A stretch of 56,098 nucleotides of DNA, counting the filler, from Sphacelaria rigidula (Eukaryota), in NCBI GenBank assembly GCA_964200075.2. It is 6 parts of 6 records of this genome, joined end to end, with 100 filler letters (N's around TTAATTAATTAA, not from the genome) between each part and the next. Parts side by side here need not be neighbours in the genome. Positions count along the whole stretch, not along the records: positions 18,735 to 28,000 come from CAXNAA020008881.1; positions 28,101 to 37,366 come from CAXNAA020008882.1; 4 more parts are not named here. One strand, given 5' to 3'. Positions 23,816 through 36,521 of this stretch are shown here, piece by piece (the first letter of the stretch is position 1; every line of letters begins with the position of its first letter). Both the position numbers and the translations under genes were made by a program. The notes under the pieces were generated by a model that was given only the letters and a program-made list of their open reading frames with translations, was not told the DNA's origin and made no database searches.

Positions 23816-25302
23816 CAGGCTGGTTCACGGAAAAAAAACAATTACACTCATCGGCAAAACTTCACGCCGTTTTAAGGAGTTAGACCCTGAAATTTTGCAC
23901 AGGTGTTCTATGGGTCATTACGCAACTTTGGAAGAACGAGTTTTTTTTTCTTCTTGATTTTTTCCACCGTTTTCTCGGGGTCCTAGTTTTATCGGGAAAA
24001 CTTCGATCCAGTCGGACCCCCGTAAAACTGTGAAAATTATACAAAACCTCGTCCTTGCAAATTTGCGTAATGGCCCATAGAACACCTGTGCAAAATTTCA
24101 GGGTCTAACTCCTTGAAACGGCGTGAAGTTTTTCGCGTTTGTGCGATGAACCTTGCCGTGCGACAAATTTTTCGGCAAATTACTAGATTTTGCTTGGCCT
24201 CTTTCGACGTGAACGTGAAAATTCAAGCACCAGTTAATCGAGTTTGGCCACGAAACTTTGTGGGGTTCTTCCTTAGGTGTGCGGCGGCAGAGCGTTCGCG
24301 TCAAATTTTTTTAAGGGCTTTCGTGCCGGTTTTCTGGGGTCCCAGAATGGATGACCTCGAAAAATTGACTTGGATCCCGTCGGACCCCCGAAAAACGGTA
24401 AACATTTCAAGAAATAGAAATCCTTCGTTGATCGAAACTTGCGTTATAATTTATAGCACATTTGAGCAAAGTTTCAGGGTCTAACTCCTATTAAATGTGT
24501 CAAGATTGCGCGTATGTGCGAGGATGTGAGCTTAAAATGTGCAAACTTCTGACTACTTGGTTTGAGTACGAGAACATCTTTGAGGGTGAATTTCACGTCA
24601 AGGAGAAGTTGTATGAGATCTTCGAGTTTCTCCACCAAAAATTGTACATGTGTTCCTTGGACCATCCCGGGACGCATCATCATGTTATTATTATTGTTTT
24701 TGAGTCATGATGTACCGTCCTTCGGGGGTCTTTGTACTGGGACCCCCGGAAGCCGTTGGAAAACGGAGAAACTTTGAACCCGTGTCAAGAACACATTTTT
24801 TCCGTTTGGAGCATCAATACTACGGAACTGCCAAGTTTGACGATGATCTGAGCTTTTCTACAACAGATATAAGCGAAATCGTCACGAGGCTCTTTGAGTC
24901 TTTCCTGCGTATCATGACTGGAAATTAGACGACGCCAAACTCCCCATCACCGAAACATGACGGTTTCGAGTATAATTCGACCCCGTTGGAACCGTTTTCG
25001 AATCCGTTTCTCCCGTTAGATTCTTGAGGTGGTCACTACGATTTGAAGCATGTGGGGATTCGGTGGAAATTGAGCTTGGAATTCGTATTTCCGATTTCGG
25101 AACAGTTTGAAAGGCGCTGATTGGTCGAGACACATTTTTGTCCATAGCGCCACCGCTATTGCCTTAAAAAAGAGCCCGGCTATGTCACCCTCTTTGTCTG
25201 TTCATTGCGGTCAGTATGATACCATGTATGCGACTTTTGGGTGCGTATTGCAGAAGGCATTTGCTGATGACAGTTTTTTTTTTTTTTCCGTGAACCAGCC
25301 TG
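23816..25302. mobile_element. Non-autonomous Tc1/mariner-like DNA transposon
   Basis: TA|CAGGCTGGTTCACGGAAAAAAAA ... TTTTTTTTCCGTGAACCAGCCTG|TA. An internal inverted repeat of about 75 bp (about 23857-23930 vs 24058-24132) is present. No transposase ORF. Confidence 0.85.
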
Positions 25303-26912
25303 TAGGCCTGTTCAAAATATAAAATATTGATCTAATATTGTCCAGTGTGTGCAGATTTTCGTTCCAATAGTGAGCGGGGCGCATGTACTGCATGCACCCA
25401 CGTTTTAGGTTCTATTGACTATGACTTGACCCACAACGCACAGTAAGATATAGTACATCTCGTTGTCGAGAACGTGCTGTAGGTCGGGAGTATGACTCTC
25501 TGACATGTCGCGCCTAGTAGGGAATAGGGAGGTATACCACACGCCATCTTGCGGTGTCTGCGCCTTCAGTATTATTCTGTGCAGTCCTCCAGTACGAGCT
25601 GTTGAATAAGTGGGTTCCACTACCGAGGAAGGCCGGTGAGCGGTGCTAATACTGCAGAAACTGATCTCTGCGCGTCTGCGCATGCTTCGCTAGTCAACTT
25701 AGAGCATGACCTTCCAGCTACAGCGGATCGCACTTCAGCAGTCACCAGTAGAGACGGAGGAAGCCAACAACACGGTGCCAACGGATGACCCATATACTGT
25801 ATATGTACAACGCATGCGATGTATTGAGGTACCGACTACATGAATAAGGTCAAGTGCGTGGTGTTGTGTTGTCGTCCCATCTATTCTGGACGCCAGTCTA
25901 CACCTTTCGGTACATGTGGGCGCATCAGCCGGGGTCACACAGGAGGAAGGTCTCAACACAGGAGCTTTTTCTTCTCCATTTGTTTTTAGTAAACCCCCTT
26001 CCTTTTCAAGTACCAATTGAAATCTACGTACAAGACAAGGCCACTCTCTTGACTTGCTAGTCAATAGCAACAGATCTTGAAGTTGGCGAGGTAATGTTCA
26101 CATGTTGCTGTATAACCCTTCAATCTGTCGAGCATTCATCAGACGGGGAGGCACGCCTATTGTAGTTCTCTAGGGGGTGGTGGGCAGCCTGGGATAGCTA
26201 CAGAGCGCGATACCCTGTGTTCTGTCTCTGTTACAGTACACCAAACAAGCACCATCGTTCTAACTGAACCGCGCATCGAAGCTACCGACGCAACAATCAG
26301 CACACCTGACGATATTTACATGAACAGCAACTACATACGACAGTACAGCAACTTCCATCAGGCTTCGAATGCTCACCATCTCGACTCGCTGGTGATGATA
26401 CTTCGCGTGTCTCCGCAGCGCAGCGCCTTAGCGTGACTTTGAGCTCGGTTGATTTGCTTCCTCCACCGGCTGATGATAGCAAATTCTCCGATCGGGGCGA
26501 AAACACTTTGACTGCTTTGGCTCTTTCGTCTCTTGGAAATATATTAACTCGTAAAAAAACTGCACTGAGCTCCACGTGTGTTCTAATCAGCCACCGTCCA
26601 AGACCAGGCAATCGATTCTTCAGCGGATCAGCAAGAGCACTGTTGTCTCCTATCGCTTGCACCCCTCCTTATATCGCGTATGTTATTGTCGTTTTTTAGT
26701 GGTCATTTTCCAATGGCCCAAACGTTTCCTGCCCGAACGAGCAGTTGTCTGTGAGCACACTGAAGTACCATCGCTCCACACGGATCTCGACCAGCACACG
26801 GGCTGCAGGGCAGTCGTTGGATCTTCATCTGTTCGATTACTCAGCCTGGCGGCAGCCCCTGCCTTTCCTCGATAAAGGGTGCCGTACAGTACAGTCTAGA
26901 CGGAGTTGCGCA

Positions 26913-27044
26913 ATGAAGAACAGCATGAGGTACGGTAGGGTACAGGCCACGCTTTTGGGCATGCTGTCCTGTGCTGCTGTTGCTGCCGCCTTCGTGCCTG
27001 CTGGTCGGCTGCTGGCCGTTAGTGGTGATCAACGGGAATGCAGG
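26913..27044 (+). CDS. First exon of a probable plastid-targeted protein (bipartite presequence)
   Basis: MKNSMRYGRVQATLLGMLSCAAVAAA-FVPAGRLLAVSGDQRECR followed by a GTGAGA donor. A basic N-terminus and hydrophobic core end in AAA-FVP, the stramenopile ASAFAP-type cleavage motif. Product unknown. Confidence 0.55.
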
Positions 27045-27509
27045 GTGAGATGTGCTGATTATTCAGCGAGACCGTGATAATGTAGGCACACCCACGCTGT
27101 CCAAGGTGTATGTATCTGTATCTAACTACGTGTGCGTACGATAACACTCCCCCCCCCCCGTTGAACACGGAATGTATGTTGGGGTGTGCAACAGGTGGCG
27201 TTTGTTTTGACAACGAGGCATCGGCTCGTGTAATGACTGCAAGAATGTAGGGTGATGCAGTAGGTATTGCTTCCCCCTCCCCCGTGCGCACATACGCTTG
27301 CGCGATGTGCGTAATAACTAATCATGCGCTTGCACTCTACATGTGTTGTCCTTGAATATCTTTTTGTAGCCCGTGTCGGAGAACTTGCAGGTGGTCCACC
27401 GTCTTCTGTATACTGTAGTGCAGTAGATCCTGCGATATTCCTTCGTGTTATCAGCATTTGCTTTGTATGCCGAAAGGCCTTTCTTACCACACCCCTGCTG
27501 ATTGGCACC

Positions 27510-27910
27510 CTCTTTCACTGCGCTGGTCCACCGTATGGTGAATCATGCGCTGCGGCCGCGTTCTATCGGGGAAGGACTCTGTTGCGTCGACATGATAGGG
27601 GTACGGCAGTTCGGGTGGAAGTATGTTCGCGGGCGTCCAAAGGGCATCAAATTACCAGTCGGGGTGGTCGTGAAGTGTGTTCGCTTAGGATTCACGTTGA
27701 CATTTCGAGACGGGGATGGGGTGATTGCGTGAATGCTCGAGCTCATGCTAGTTGATGAATTGTTCCTTGTCGATGCCCAGCTGATGACTTCAGGGTTTGC
27801 GAGACAACGGGAGATTATTTATTGGTCTGGAATCGGTACGATGCGGTGGCTGCGTTGCGGTAGGCGGCTGCCTGCAGAGTTCGGGTTACACTCTATGCGG
27901 TTTGGGCCAG
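27510..27910 (+). pseudogene. Tyrosine recombinase remnant (DIRS/Ngaro- or Crypton-like element)
   Basis: Frameshifted pieces AFYRG...TAVRVEVCSRASKGHQ (SK(T/G)DQ-like motif) and MLELM...AEFGLHSMRFG (H-S-x-R box II motif of tyrosine recombinases). Confidence 0.6.
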
Positions 27911-27925
27911 CCCCCCCCAAAAAAA

Positions 27926-28000
27926 AATGGTGAGGCACCCATGAGGCAGTGTAAAAGCTGTGGCTGTCTCGGGAAGTGGCGATACCAGAAAATAAAGCAA
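27926..28000. repeat. End of a dispersed repeat (MITE-like); an inverted copy lies at about 28378-28444
   Basis: AAATGGTGAGGCACCCATGAGGCAGTGTA...AAGTGGCGATACCAGA matches the reverse complement of 28380-28444. Confidence 0.6.
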
Positions 28001-29829
28001 NNNNNNNNNNNNNNNNNNNNNNNNNNNNNNNNNNNNNNNNNNNNTTAATTAATTAANNNNNNNNNNNNNNNNNNNNNNNNNNNNNNNNNNNNNNNNNNNN
28101 TTTTCTTCTTTTTCTTTTGTAGGGTGGGGGGGTGTGGGGGGTATGTCGGGTTACTCTTGTTCTTGCATGCCATAGTCATAAGACCATTGACCTCGTATCC
28201 CTACAAAGCCGGGACGGAGCACGCCGGGTTTTCGCCGGACAAGGCTCGTACTCAATCACCAAGCGCGTTTTCGGCGAGTCGCATGAAGGGTGAGCTGTAT
28301 CCTGCTAATATTTTGGTCGGCCCGAAGCCTACTGATTATCTTGCATGTGGATGACAGTCTACAATGAGTTGCTTCATTGTCTGGTATCGCCACTTACAGA
28401 GACAACGCGGGCTCATACACTGCCTCATGGGTGCCTCACCATTTACATACTACGTAGTACGATTATCCCCATTGTGCGGACTTGAGTTTCTCCCACGCCG
28501 CACAACATGATCTAGCTCTACTACCATAATGTTTTACAGCGCCGTTGCCACTCTACGCCAACCCAAGAGTCTAGAGGTGAGGGAGGGGAGGGAGGGGGGG
28601 AGAGAGAGAGAGAATATATACACGGTACAGTAGTATTTTGTCGAGGTTCAAACGCTGGTTGTTCCAAAAAAGAACAAGCTAGTATGAGGATGGTAAACGC
28701 TTTATTCTCCACCTTGTAAAAAGAAAAATATATATTCAACGGTAGGGGGTGCAACTTTTAATCCAGTAACTTTCTGACGCTGCACACTAAGGTCCAGATG
28801 TTTGTCATCCAGAGGCTCCTAAAGTGCAGAGCCCCAGAAAAAATTGTGCACCCCTACCGTAGAAGGCCTCAAAGGCGACGTTGCCCCACTCTGTCGTTAA
28901 CCGACTCTCAGGTTTACATCCCCGACATGAGTCGTGTCAAGGAGTGATGCCGCGATAGTCCCCCCTCAGAAAAACAGCCGGTTTTGAGGAGGCATTTCTA
29001 CATGTAAACCAAAATAAAAAAGCCGAGCACACCGAGGAGTTGGGAACTCCCACGCTTGCGACCGTATTCGCCGATGTCGCAATTTACGCCTATATGAGGG
29101 GCTTCGTAAAGTCTGACACAAGTGATCATTCGTTGCATGGCCACTTTCATCGTGATAAATGTGGGGCTGTTTTTTTGGGGGGGGGATGGGGGAGGGGTAT
29201 CGCGCATCACTAAACGGTAGGGGTACCCGAAAAATTCTCAGGGTGGAGTTATTACAATAACAGCCCCCTGTCTCATCCAAAAAACGACTTACTAGATGAA
29301 TAAGAGCGCGCCACTATTAGCATTCCAATGCGCTAGGGATCTCTCGAACGATTTTTAAACGGGTGTCATGACCCATATTCTTATGTAGCTCGTACGTTTA
29401 GGAGCCCCTCAACGAGAAACATGTGGGCCCAAATATGCAATCCCTAACGCGGCAAGATTCATATATTTACCCTCACCGAGAAACGTTAACCCTTTTGGAA
29501 CTCACTGACAAAATTTGTTTTGTGAATCGGAATCATTTTGACTTGAAAATGACTGAAAATGATACCTATTCACAAAAACAGAAATCGTCAACTGGTTCCA
29601 AAAAGATTCATCTGAGAAAAGAAACACGTTTTCCGAAACTTGCATTGTTTTGTTCATCGTCTTTATCGACCTTTCGGCCAGCCCACTACAAAGAGATGTA
29701 TTTTTGTCAGGTTATTCGGGGGTGGTACTTTAGACCCCCTCTCCCCTCTGCTCCGTCTCGAAAGGGATGCGTGGTCAATAGTCAAATGACCAAGGCAAAC
29801 AACAAATGAGTACGCCCCTCCCCCCCCCT

Positions 29830-30182
29830 CCCTCCTCTGAATGAGCTCAGTCTCCGCCCCGGTATTTGCCTCGCGCTTTTCCTACCGTTCCATCATACTT
29901 TTACTCCTTCCGTTCGTCGGGCTAAGTCCGTGCTCGCAGTCCCAAGGGATCAAGTCATCTCTTCCCACCAGGTACATACATACCTGATATTTTGGTATCA
30001 CGGATTAGATCATGACCAGCACATTCCCGCATCGCGTCGACTCTTGTCAAATCCCCTTCGCTACGCACGTGCTCACGTTTCCAACGACGGAACCCAAATT
30101 CCACTGAAGAGAGACATCTGCCGGGATTCGAACCTGGAACCTTCCGCCCTCACTGCTATTAGTCAACCAGTTGGACTCCCCA
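29830..30182 (-). mobile_element. tRNA-derived SINE-like element
   Basis: The minus strand has an A-box-like AGTCCAACTGG and a B-box GGTTCGAATCCC (30123-30134), but no pairing acceptor stem. A non-tRNA body follows, and its 3' limit is approximate. Confidence 0.5.
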
Positions 30183-31640
30183 TCAGAGTACAACAGCTGC
30201 ATCGATCGAGCAATGCACCAGCACTCGCCCGTGCGTCAACACCCATGGAATTATTTCATCATCTCTCGTTCTTGCGTTGTCGGATGACGGAAACCAAAAA
30301 TATAATCTGTCGAAATTCGAAATCATGAAAAAAAATGCCCAGACATCGATGATGTACCATAATACTAGATTGACCACCGTGGCGTGGCGACTGCGCAGTG
30401 GAGCCTTCCATGCATTCATTGCGACATCGGCAGGACAGGTACTATAATAAACGTACACCGTAAAATACCTCACATCTTGTTGAAACGCATGCAACGAAAT
30501 TTGTAAAGTAAAAAGTTCGAAAGCCACGTGAATGGACCAAACGATAACAAAGCCAACGAACCCCATCCCTCAACATGACGGCGTGACATCACCGACCTCC
30601 GCGTCGGACGAGCAGTCCTTCCGTAAACACGCGGGGAAGCTTGCGAAATGGTTCTAGACCGGACGCCTCATTCCACGACTAGTTGATACCCCGCAATGGA
30701 AATACAAATCAACAGCTCTATCTACTGTCGACAGACGCGATCACCGTCGGTCGACCGTAACCGAACGACCCTGTTCACGCAGGGGCACCGACCACATAGT
30801 ACACATACAAACAAGAATTCTGCTGCACTTTCATGTCCATCACTGTCCAGCTGCAGCAGCGGCAAGGTAAACTCCGCCAAGGGTTCCACGTGAAGGCCAC
30901 AAAAGCAATGCGAACCTTAACGGAGATGCTGCAGAGCATACTATTGACTTCATCGCAAAATGAACCATCGCCCGGAAAGCTCGCTAGACGAGAGAACCAC
31001 GAAGCGGGCGAGCTCCTTTCATTGTATATACTGAAAATCCAACACCAAGCCTCACATCCTACGCCATTTCCACTTCGTATAGTGGATCAACACATATTCA
31101 CCTACATTTACATCCACCAACAGAGAGAAAAGGAAAAGGCACCACAGTTTGCTGATTCGTCCAAAGTCTCTGCCCAAGGAGGACATCACCGTCGATCAAG
31201 GAGTTGAGACCAAATCACATACTTTTACTGATAACTTTTTCCACTCAGAAAACTGGGCGCACCTTTTATCTTTGTCTAGCCTCGAAGAAAGGGGTAAATG
31301 AGTCATGCTCTCTGTTGCATTGCTGTTACTTCGTGTACAATCTGTCCCTCCCCCTCCCCTGGCAGCGCGCAACACTAGAAGCAAGCCCATCCTTATCCCG
31401 CACATCACAACCCGCGACATCTTCTGCGTCTCCTCTTTGAAAACATGTCCATCCATATCCCCTATATAACACCCCCTTTTCCCTTCTGTATTACCTCCTT
31501 TGGCGTATCACAATTGCTTGGTGTCACTCGGAGGTACAACACCTTGATCTCTCCCTCGCCACCGGACTCTTACCACGGAGAGTCCTTCAAGGGCATGACA
31601 TTCTAAATAAGCAGTAAGCGACCTCGACAGCATGTTCTTC

Positions 31641-34600
31641 TCACGGCCGGGTGCCTACATCAACGTGCTCCTCGTTCGCTTCCGCATCAGCTTGCTCTTC
31701 CATTGATGCTGGCTCCGTTGCTGGTGTTGCTATTGCTGAACTGCTTTCGTTCGACGTGGTCGTGGGATCCTTGGCAAGCGGCGGCGCAGTGGTAACAGCG
31801 TTCCCCGACATAATCGGGAACGATCCCACAGTGGCGACCGGCGTGGGCCATGCAATGTGCCCCTGCTGTACGGGTTGCGCCGGCACCGGCACGCCGAGAA
31901 AACTCGTTGCCGGGACTATCCTCGGCCCACCCACGCCCGCATTACTAAGGCCAGCAGCTGCGGCCGCGGCTGCGGCTGCGGATCCCTGCGCTGCCAATGC
32001 ATTGTTTGCGCTGGATGCCGCCATGTTGGTGGCGGCGGCAGCGGCGGCAGCGGCAGCAGCGGCGGTGGTGGTCGTGGACAGCAGAGACGGGTGTGCTGTG
32101 GTGGCAGTCGTAGAGTAGGAAGGGACCTGCGAAGACGACGAACCCGGTGCACTCGCGATGCCGACAGCGCCCGCGGCGACGAAGCTCTGCGCGTGCTGAG
32201 GAAGGGAAAGGCTGACACCGGCGGCGCCGTTGCTGCTACTCGAGGCGTGAGATGCGGCGCTGGAGGCGGAGGTGTTGAAAGTACGCCTCTTGATCGGGCC
32301 TTCGTTGATGCCAGTGATACGGTGGCGCCGGAGGAACCGGTGGCACCAGGAGTTGATCTTTCCCTCGTGTTTGCGCATCGCAGCGGGGTCGTCGTGCGGG
32401 ACTATTCCAAACACGCCCGGCGAGAGCTCTTCCGCCTTTTCCTTCAGCAGCCGCGAGGACACGGGGAACTCGCCCTTGGACTTGATTTCCTTTATGTAGG
32501 CGATCAGATCGTCCTCGATACCGATGGTCAACGGCGCTTTCCCCAGAGAAAATGACTTCTTGTTGCTCATGTGGTTTGACCAGCTCGCCCCGCCCAGCTC
32601 CGCCGCCTCAGAGAGAGCATTTTCCATCTCAGGCAGGCGCCGCATCCACTCTCTCACGCTTTGCGCTTCTGGAATGCCCAACTGCAGCGCCGCGTAGCGC
32701 GGGCCTATAGTCCCACCTTTTGCCTGTTCGATTGTTGTACATACGCGCGTGGAGCAGAAGAGAAGACGATGAAATTTTGATTTGAACAAGGGCGGATACG
32801 GCAACAAAAAATGAAATTTTGAACGCAGTGTAGTGGGAAACGGTTCACTCAAAAGCAGCGGAGGTGGAAAATTTACCGTCAGACAGACCCACTGATAAGA
32901 CTTAAGGATAACGTCCAGTAAAATATTTCACAAGGTTTTTAACGGGAAAACGGGATGGGAATATTTCTTGTGGTCCCCGAAAAAGAGAGGACGTGATGAA
33001 TACTCGCTTCGTAAATCTAAAAGAAATGTGATGAGACGGGACGGGGATTTGCATCCCGTCGTGAGATCTCGTCTCGTCGCGGCCGTCCTTGCGGAAGCAT
33101 AGGTGTGAGCATGTGACCCCTCGAGAAAAACGCGCTGAAACCATGATTTTGTGCTGTCGATGCTCTCACGCAGTACGAAGAAAAACTAAGCGATTCTCAC
33201 ATACACAGCGCTTAAATCGAACAATGATCAGAACAACCAGCGAAACAGCCGCGTGGAACAACGTACCAAAGAGGCTAGAGCCCAACACGGCATAAAAAAC
33301 CCGAACACAACCTGGGCAACAAACTAGCACTCGACCACCGGCACGCTGCACCATCCTCTACGGGGAGCGCTAAAACTTCCGTCGATTTGTGTAAGAATAT
33401 GTCTCACATCTGGGAGAGATCCAAGTATACGCGAAGATGTCTTCGATTTTCCATGGGATTGTACAGAATTTTTCGTATCATGAATTATGAGGGGAAGTAG
33501 CCATGGTCGTCCTCGGAGGACGGGACAGCGACGGAAAAAAACGAACGGGAAGGGCTCGGGAAGGGAAATTCCCTCCGAAAGTAACACGGCGTACCTGTCC
33601 CGCTCCACACAAATTGTCACCAGATTTCTTCCACTAGAACTTGGATTCTCCGTCCCAAAAAAATTACGATCAACAGGGCACACAGCACAGGCGACACTCT
33701 ACTCACTTCTGGTACAGCACACAATACTGTCTTGTAAGATCAGCTGCTACGCAAAAAATCGTGGGTTTTTGGATGGGGCAATCAAACATAGCGCAGGAAG
33801 GCGTCCAACTATTATCTAGATTCAGCAAAGAGTGCTCGGAGGCAACAACCTTCAACCTCGTGGCGTCGAATGCAACAGATGATCACACGTGGATCAATTA
33901 GACTGGGAAAAAGTGTGAAAATAATGTTCTGGAGAAACACCCTTCACGAGGTAAGGTGTGAAGACCACGCACGGGACACACAGCGAGTTTACAGTGGGGA
34001 CGGTACTCATGTACAGAGAGGAGCTGCTCACCTATAGCAATATATATATATATATATATAAAGGTCACCCGCAGTGAAGGTCAGTCGTAGATATTGTTCC
34101 GAAATGAGCTATGATGCCAACAGGGTTAGTACGAACGGTATAGGAGTACGGCATCACGGGGCGAAGCATCCCCCTGGGCGATGGGTCTCCGACGTCAGTT
34201 TCTGGGACAGACGCGTGAAACTGATCGTAAATTCAGCAATAATATGATGTATCTAACCAAGCATGAAAAATTCAACAATATAAGTTATGTATTTCCAACA
34301 AGATCACCTCGGCGTAATGTCCGCAACTGTGGCTAGAAACTGAATCAATTTGGGGTTATCCAGGATTTTGTATGATGTTCTACATCATTCACCGCACAGT
34401 GCACTCAGTACAGTATACAGTATACAGTACCGTTCCAGACATTGGAATCTGTCTGGAGATGTCTCGAGATGATGTCTGGAGATGCCGAAAGCAGGAAGGA
34501 GTGCGTGTGCATGTGTATGTGTTTGTTTGTTTCGTCTGGTCATTTACTCCCGGCCCTCACTAGATTAACATAGTTCTAGGGATGCAGCAGGGTACGGAGA

Positions 34601-35563
34601 AGACGGCACCTACTGTACCTTGTCCCCAACAACAGTAGTAGGAATAACAGGAGTGTACCGAACTATACTACATCACGAGTATACATTCTGTACAACACGT
34701 ACATACTACAAGTATCACACCTGGCCGTTCGGGTCCTTAGACAGAGCGTACTTCGCCACCTTGATCTTGAAGTCGAGCGAGTATCTCTTCCGGATACCGC
34801 CACCCCCGGGTTGCTCCGCCTCAAAATTCGGTGGCCTCAGGTTAAGCCTCCGACGTTTCGGCTGCGGCGACTGTTTACCCTTACCCTTGGCACCTCGGCC
34901 ACCGCGCCTTGATGACCCACCAGACTGCTTGCGCTTACCAGCGCCACCGTGTCCCTTTGCCCCCGTCCCAGATCCAGACGACGAGGATGGCTTCGAATCC
35001 GAGCCACCTCCCCCGCCGGTAGTACCATCTCCGCCACCTAAACCGAGCGCCATTGCTTCATCATCTCCAAGGTCTGCTGCACTCTGCACCTTGGAGGTCG
35101 GTTTGCGATGCCTCGTGCTGCTCCTCCTAGGCGTGGCACCATCTCCTCCTCCTCCTCCTCCTTCCCCGGCAGGCGGATCGCGCAGGCTGGCCAAAGTGGC
35201 CGATTCGACCGCTTGCCCCAGGACCTGGAGCCCGCCATAGACCCGGGCATTGGTTCCATCAGTACCAGCACCGTCCCCACTTGCGGTATCACCGGACGTA
35301 TCAGCGGCGGCGGCGGCGGCTGCAGCGGCGGCGGCGTCCTTACTCTTGCTCTCGGCGGCGGCGCGGGCCGTCTCGGTTTCGATGGCGCTGTCAAGTTGTT
35401 TTTCGAGACTGCTCGGTTCACCACGCTCTTTGGTTTCGGAAGAGGCAGAATGTTCGGGGGAAGTCTCAGTTTTTTCTTCTTTTGGCGCTTGCTTTTCAGA
35501 CGAAGGGGTAACAGAAGTAGGAGGAGCGGGAGTAGAACCAGGACTAGCGCATTTTGAATCCAT
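31641..35563 (-). CDS. CENP-B/pogo-type tandem HTH DNA-binding protein without a DDE domain (641 aa, two exons)
   Basis: Exon 1 is 35563-34721 (MDSKCASP...IRKRYSLDFKIKVAKYALSKDPNGQ, CAG|GTGTGA). Exon 2 is 32723-31641 (AG|AKGGTIGPRYAALQLGIPEAQSVREWMRR...LTIGIEDDLIAYIKEIKSKGEFPVSSRLLKEKAEEL...SWCHRFLRRHRI...stop). The junction is phase 0 and there are no disablements. First HTH is Brinker/psq-like, second is HTH_Tnp_Tc5-like. Confidence 0.85.
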
Positions 35564-36521
35564 CCTCGCGCGTCGCGGCTGTTTATTATCAGGGGGGTGA
35601 TAACCTGCTGGTATGAGTGCGTCGTGTATCAGGGGGGTGTTATGCCTACACGTGGCCACTGCCTTTGTAGAGAATGGCAAAAGAAAATTACACATTTCGG
35701 GAAATGACATCATATCAAGTTGTGATTATTGAGATGTTATCTCGAAAATCTGCTGTTTTTGCCTCTGTAGATGCACTGAAGAGGGTGTCATGTGGCGCTT
35801 CACCCTAGCTACTGTTGCTATCGCTGCTTCTACTACTGCGTTCCGGGTGGCCTCGACCTCTGCTTTTATTTCATCTCAGCCATGGAGTAGAACTACTACA
35901 ACAGGTGATACAACGCCAGAGGCTGATTTCGTACCGTACTCACAATACTCGTAGTCTTGTTGTATAGAGGACACTGAACGTCAGACGAGCGACATGTACC
36001 GTACTGCACTGCACTGAGGCGCTGCGCCAAGTCAGACACGACAAGGTTGCACTTATATATCCCGCTTCTCTACAACAGTACAGCACGAGCATTTCACTGC
36101 AGTATCATAAACTGTAGTACAGCCCAGCACAGTAAAGCAACGGTGCTGTGATCAGTTGAACGCCAAGGACATCGAAAACCCATTTCAAACGGGGGTCAAG
36201 GATATTCGGATACTGTACTCTTCAAACTAGCTCCAGCAAGCGCGCGTAATCTTGAACGGAGCTTTGTTCTCATCCTGATGAATGCCACGTATCTATCCGC
36301 CATTTGCTACGCTAAAACCGCGCGCGAGCAGACGCTCGTGACAGATGTACTGGTCGAGATAAACAAAAAATGGGTACCCGGGATCAAGTGCTGAAATGTT
36401 GGAACTGACAGATGCAAGTTGAAGTAGTGACCCCAGCCACACGCCCTTGGACCGTGCAGCATGGCACCGCATATTGGCCGGTCCCACTATTTGACAAGGT
36501 TATGTTTTTGAGAACACAACC

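Noticed and set aside
25400-26662. Additional minus-strand gene (ORFs 26297-26662, 25735-26070, 25405-25683)
   Set aside because: Some AG/GT-bounded stretches exist, but phases do not join and no protein family is recognisable.
27926-28444. One MITE spanning the gap, with TIRs on either side
   Set aside because: The segments are probably unlinked contigs that break in abundant repeats. No matching TSD was seen, so these are more likely ends of two separate copies.
30115-30182. Functional tRNA gene
   Set aside because: A- and B-box-like motifs are present, but no acceptor stem or clean cloverleaf could be formed. Treated as a SINE head.
31651-35600. Long plus-strand ORFs (31651-32118, 31857-32555, 34620-35240 and others) as separate genes
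   Set aside because: They are antisense shadows of GC-rich, low-complexity coding exons on the minus strand.
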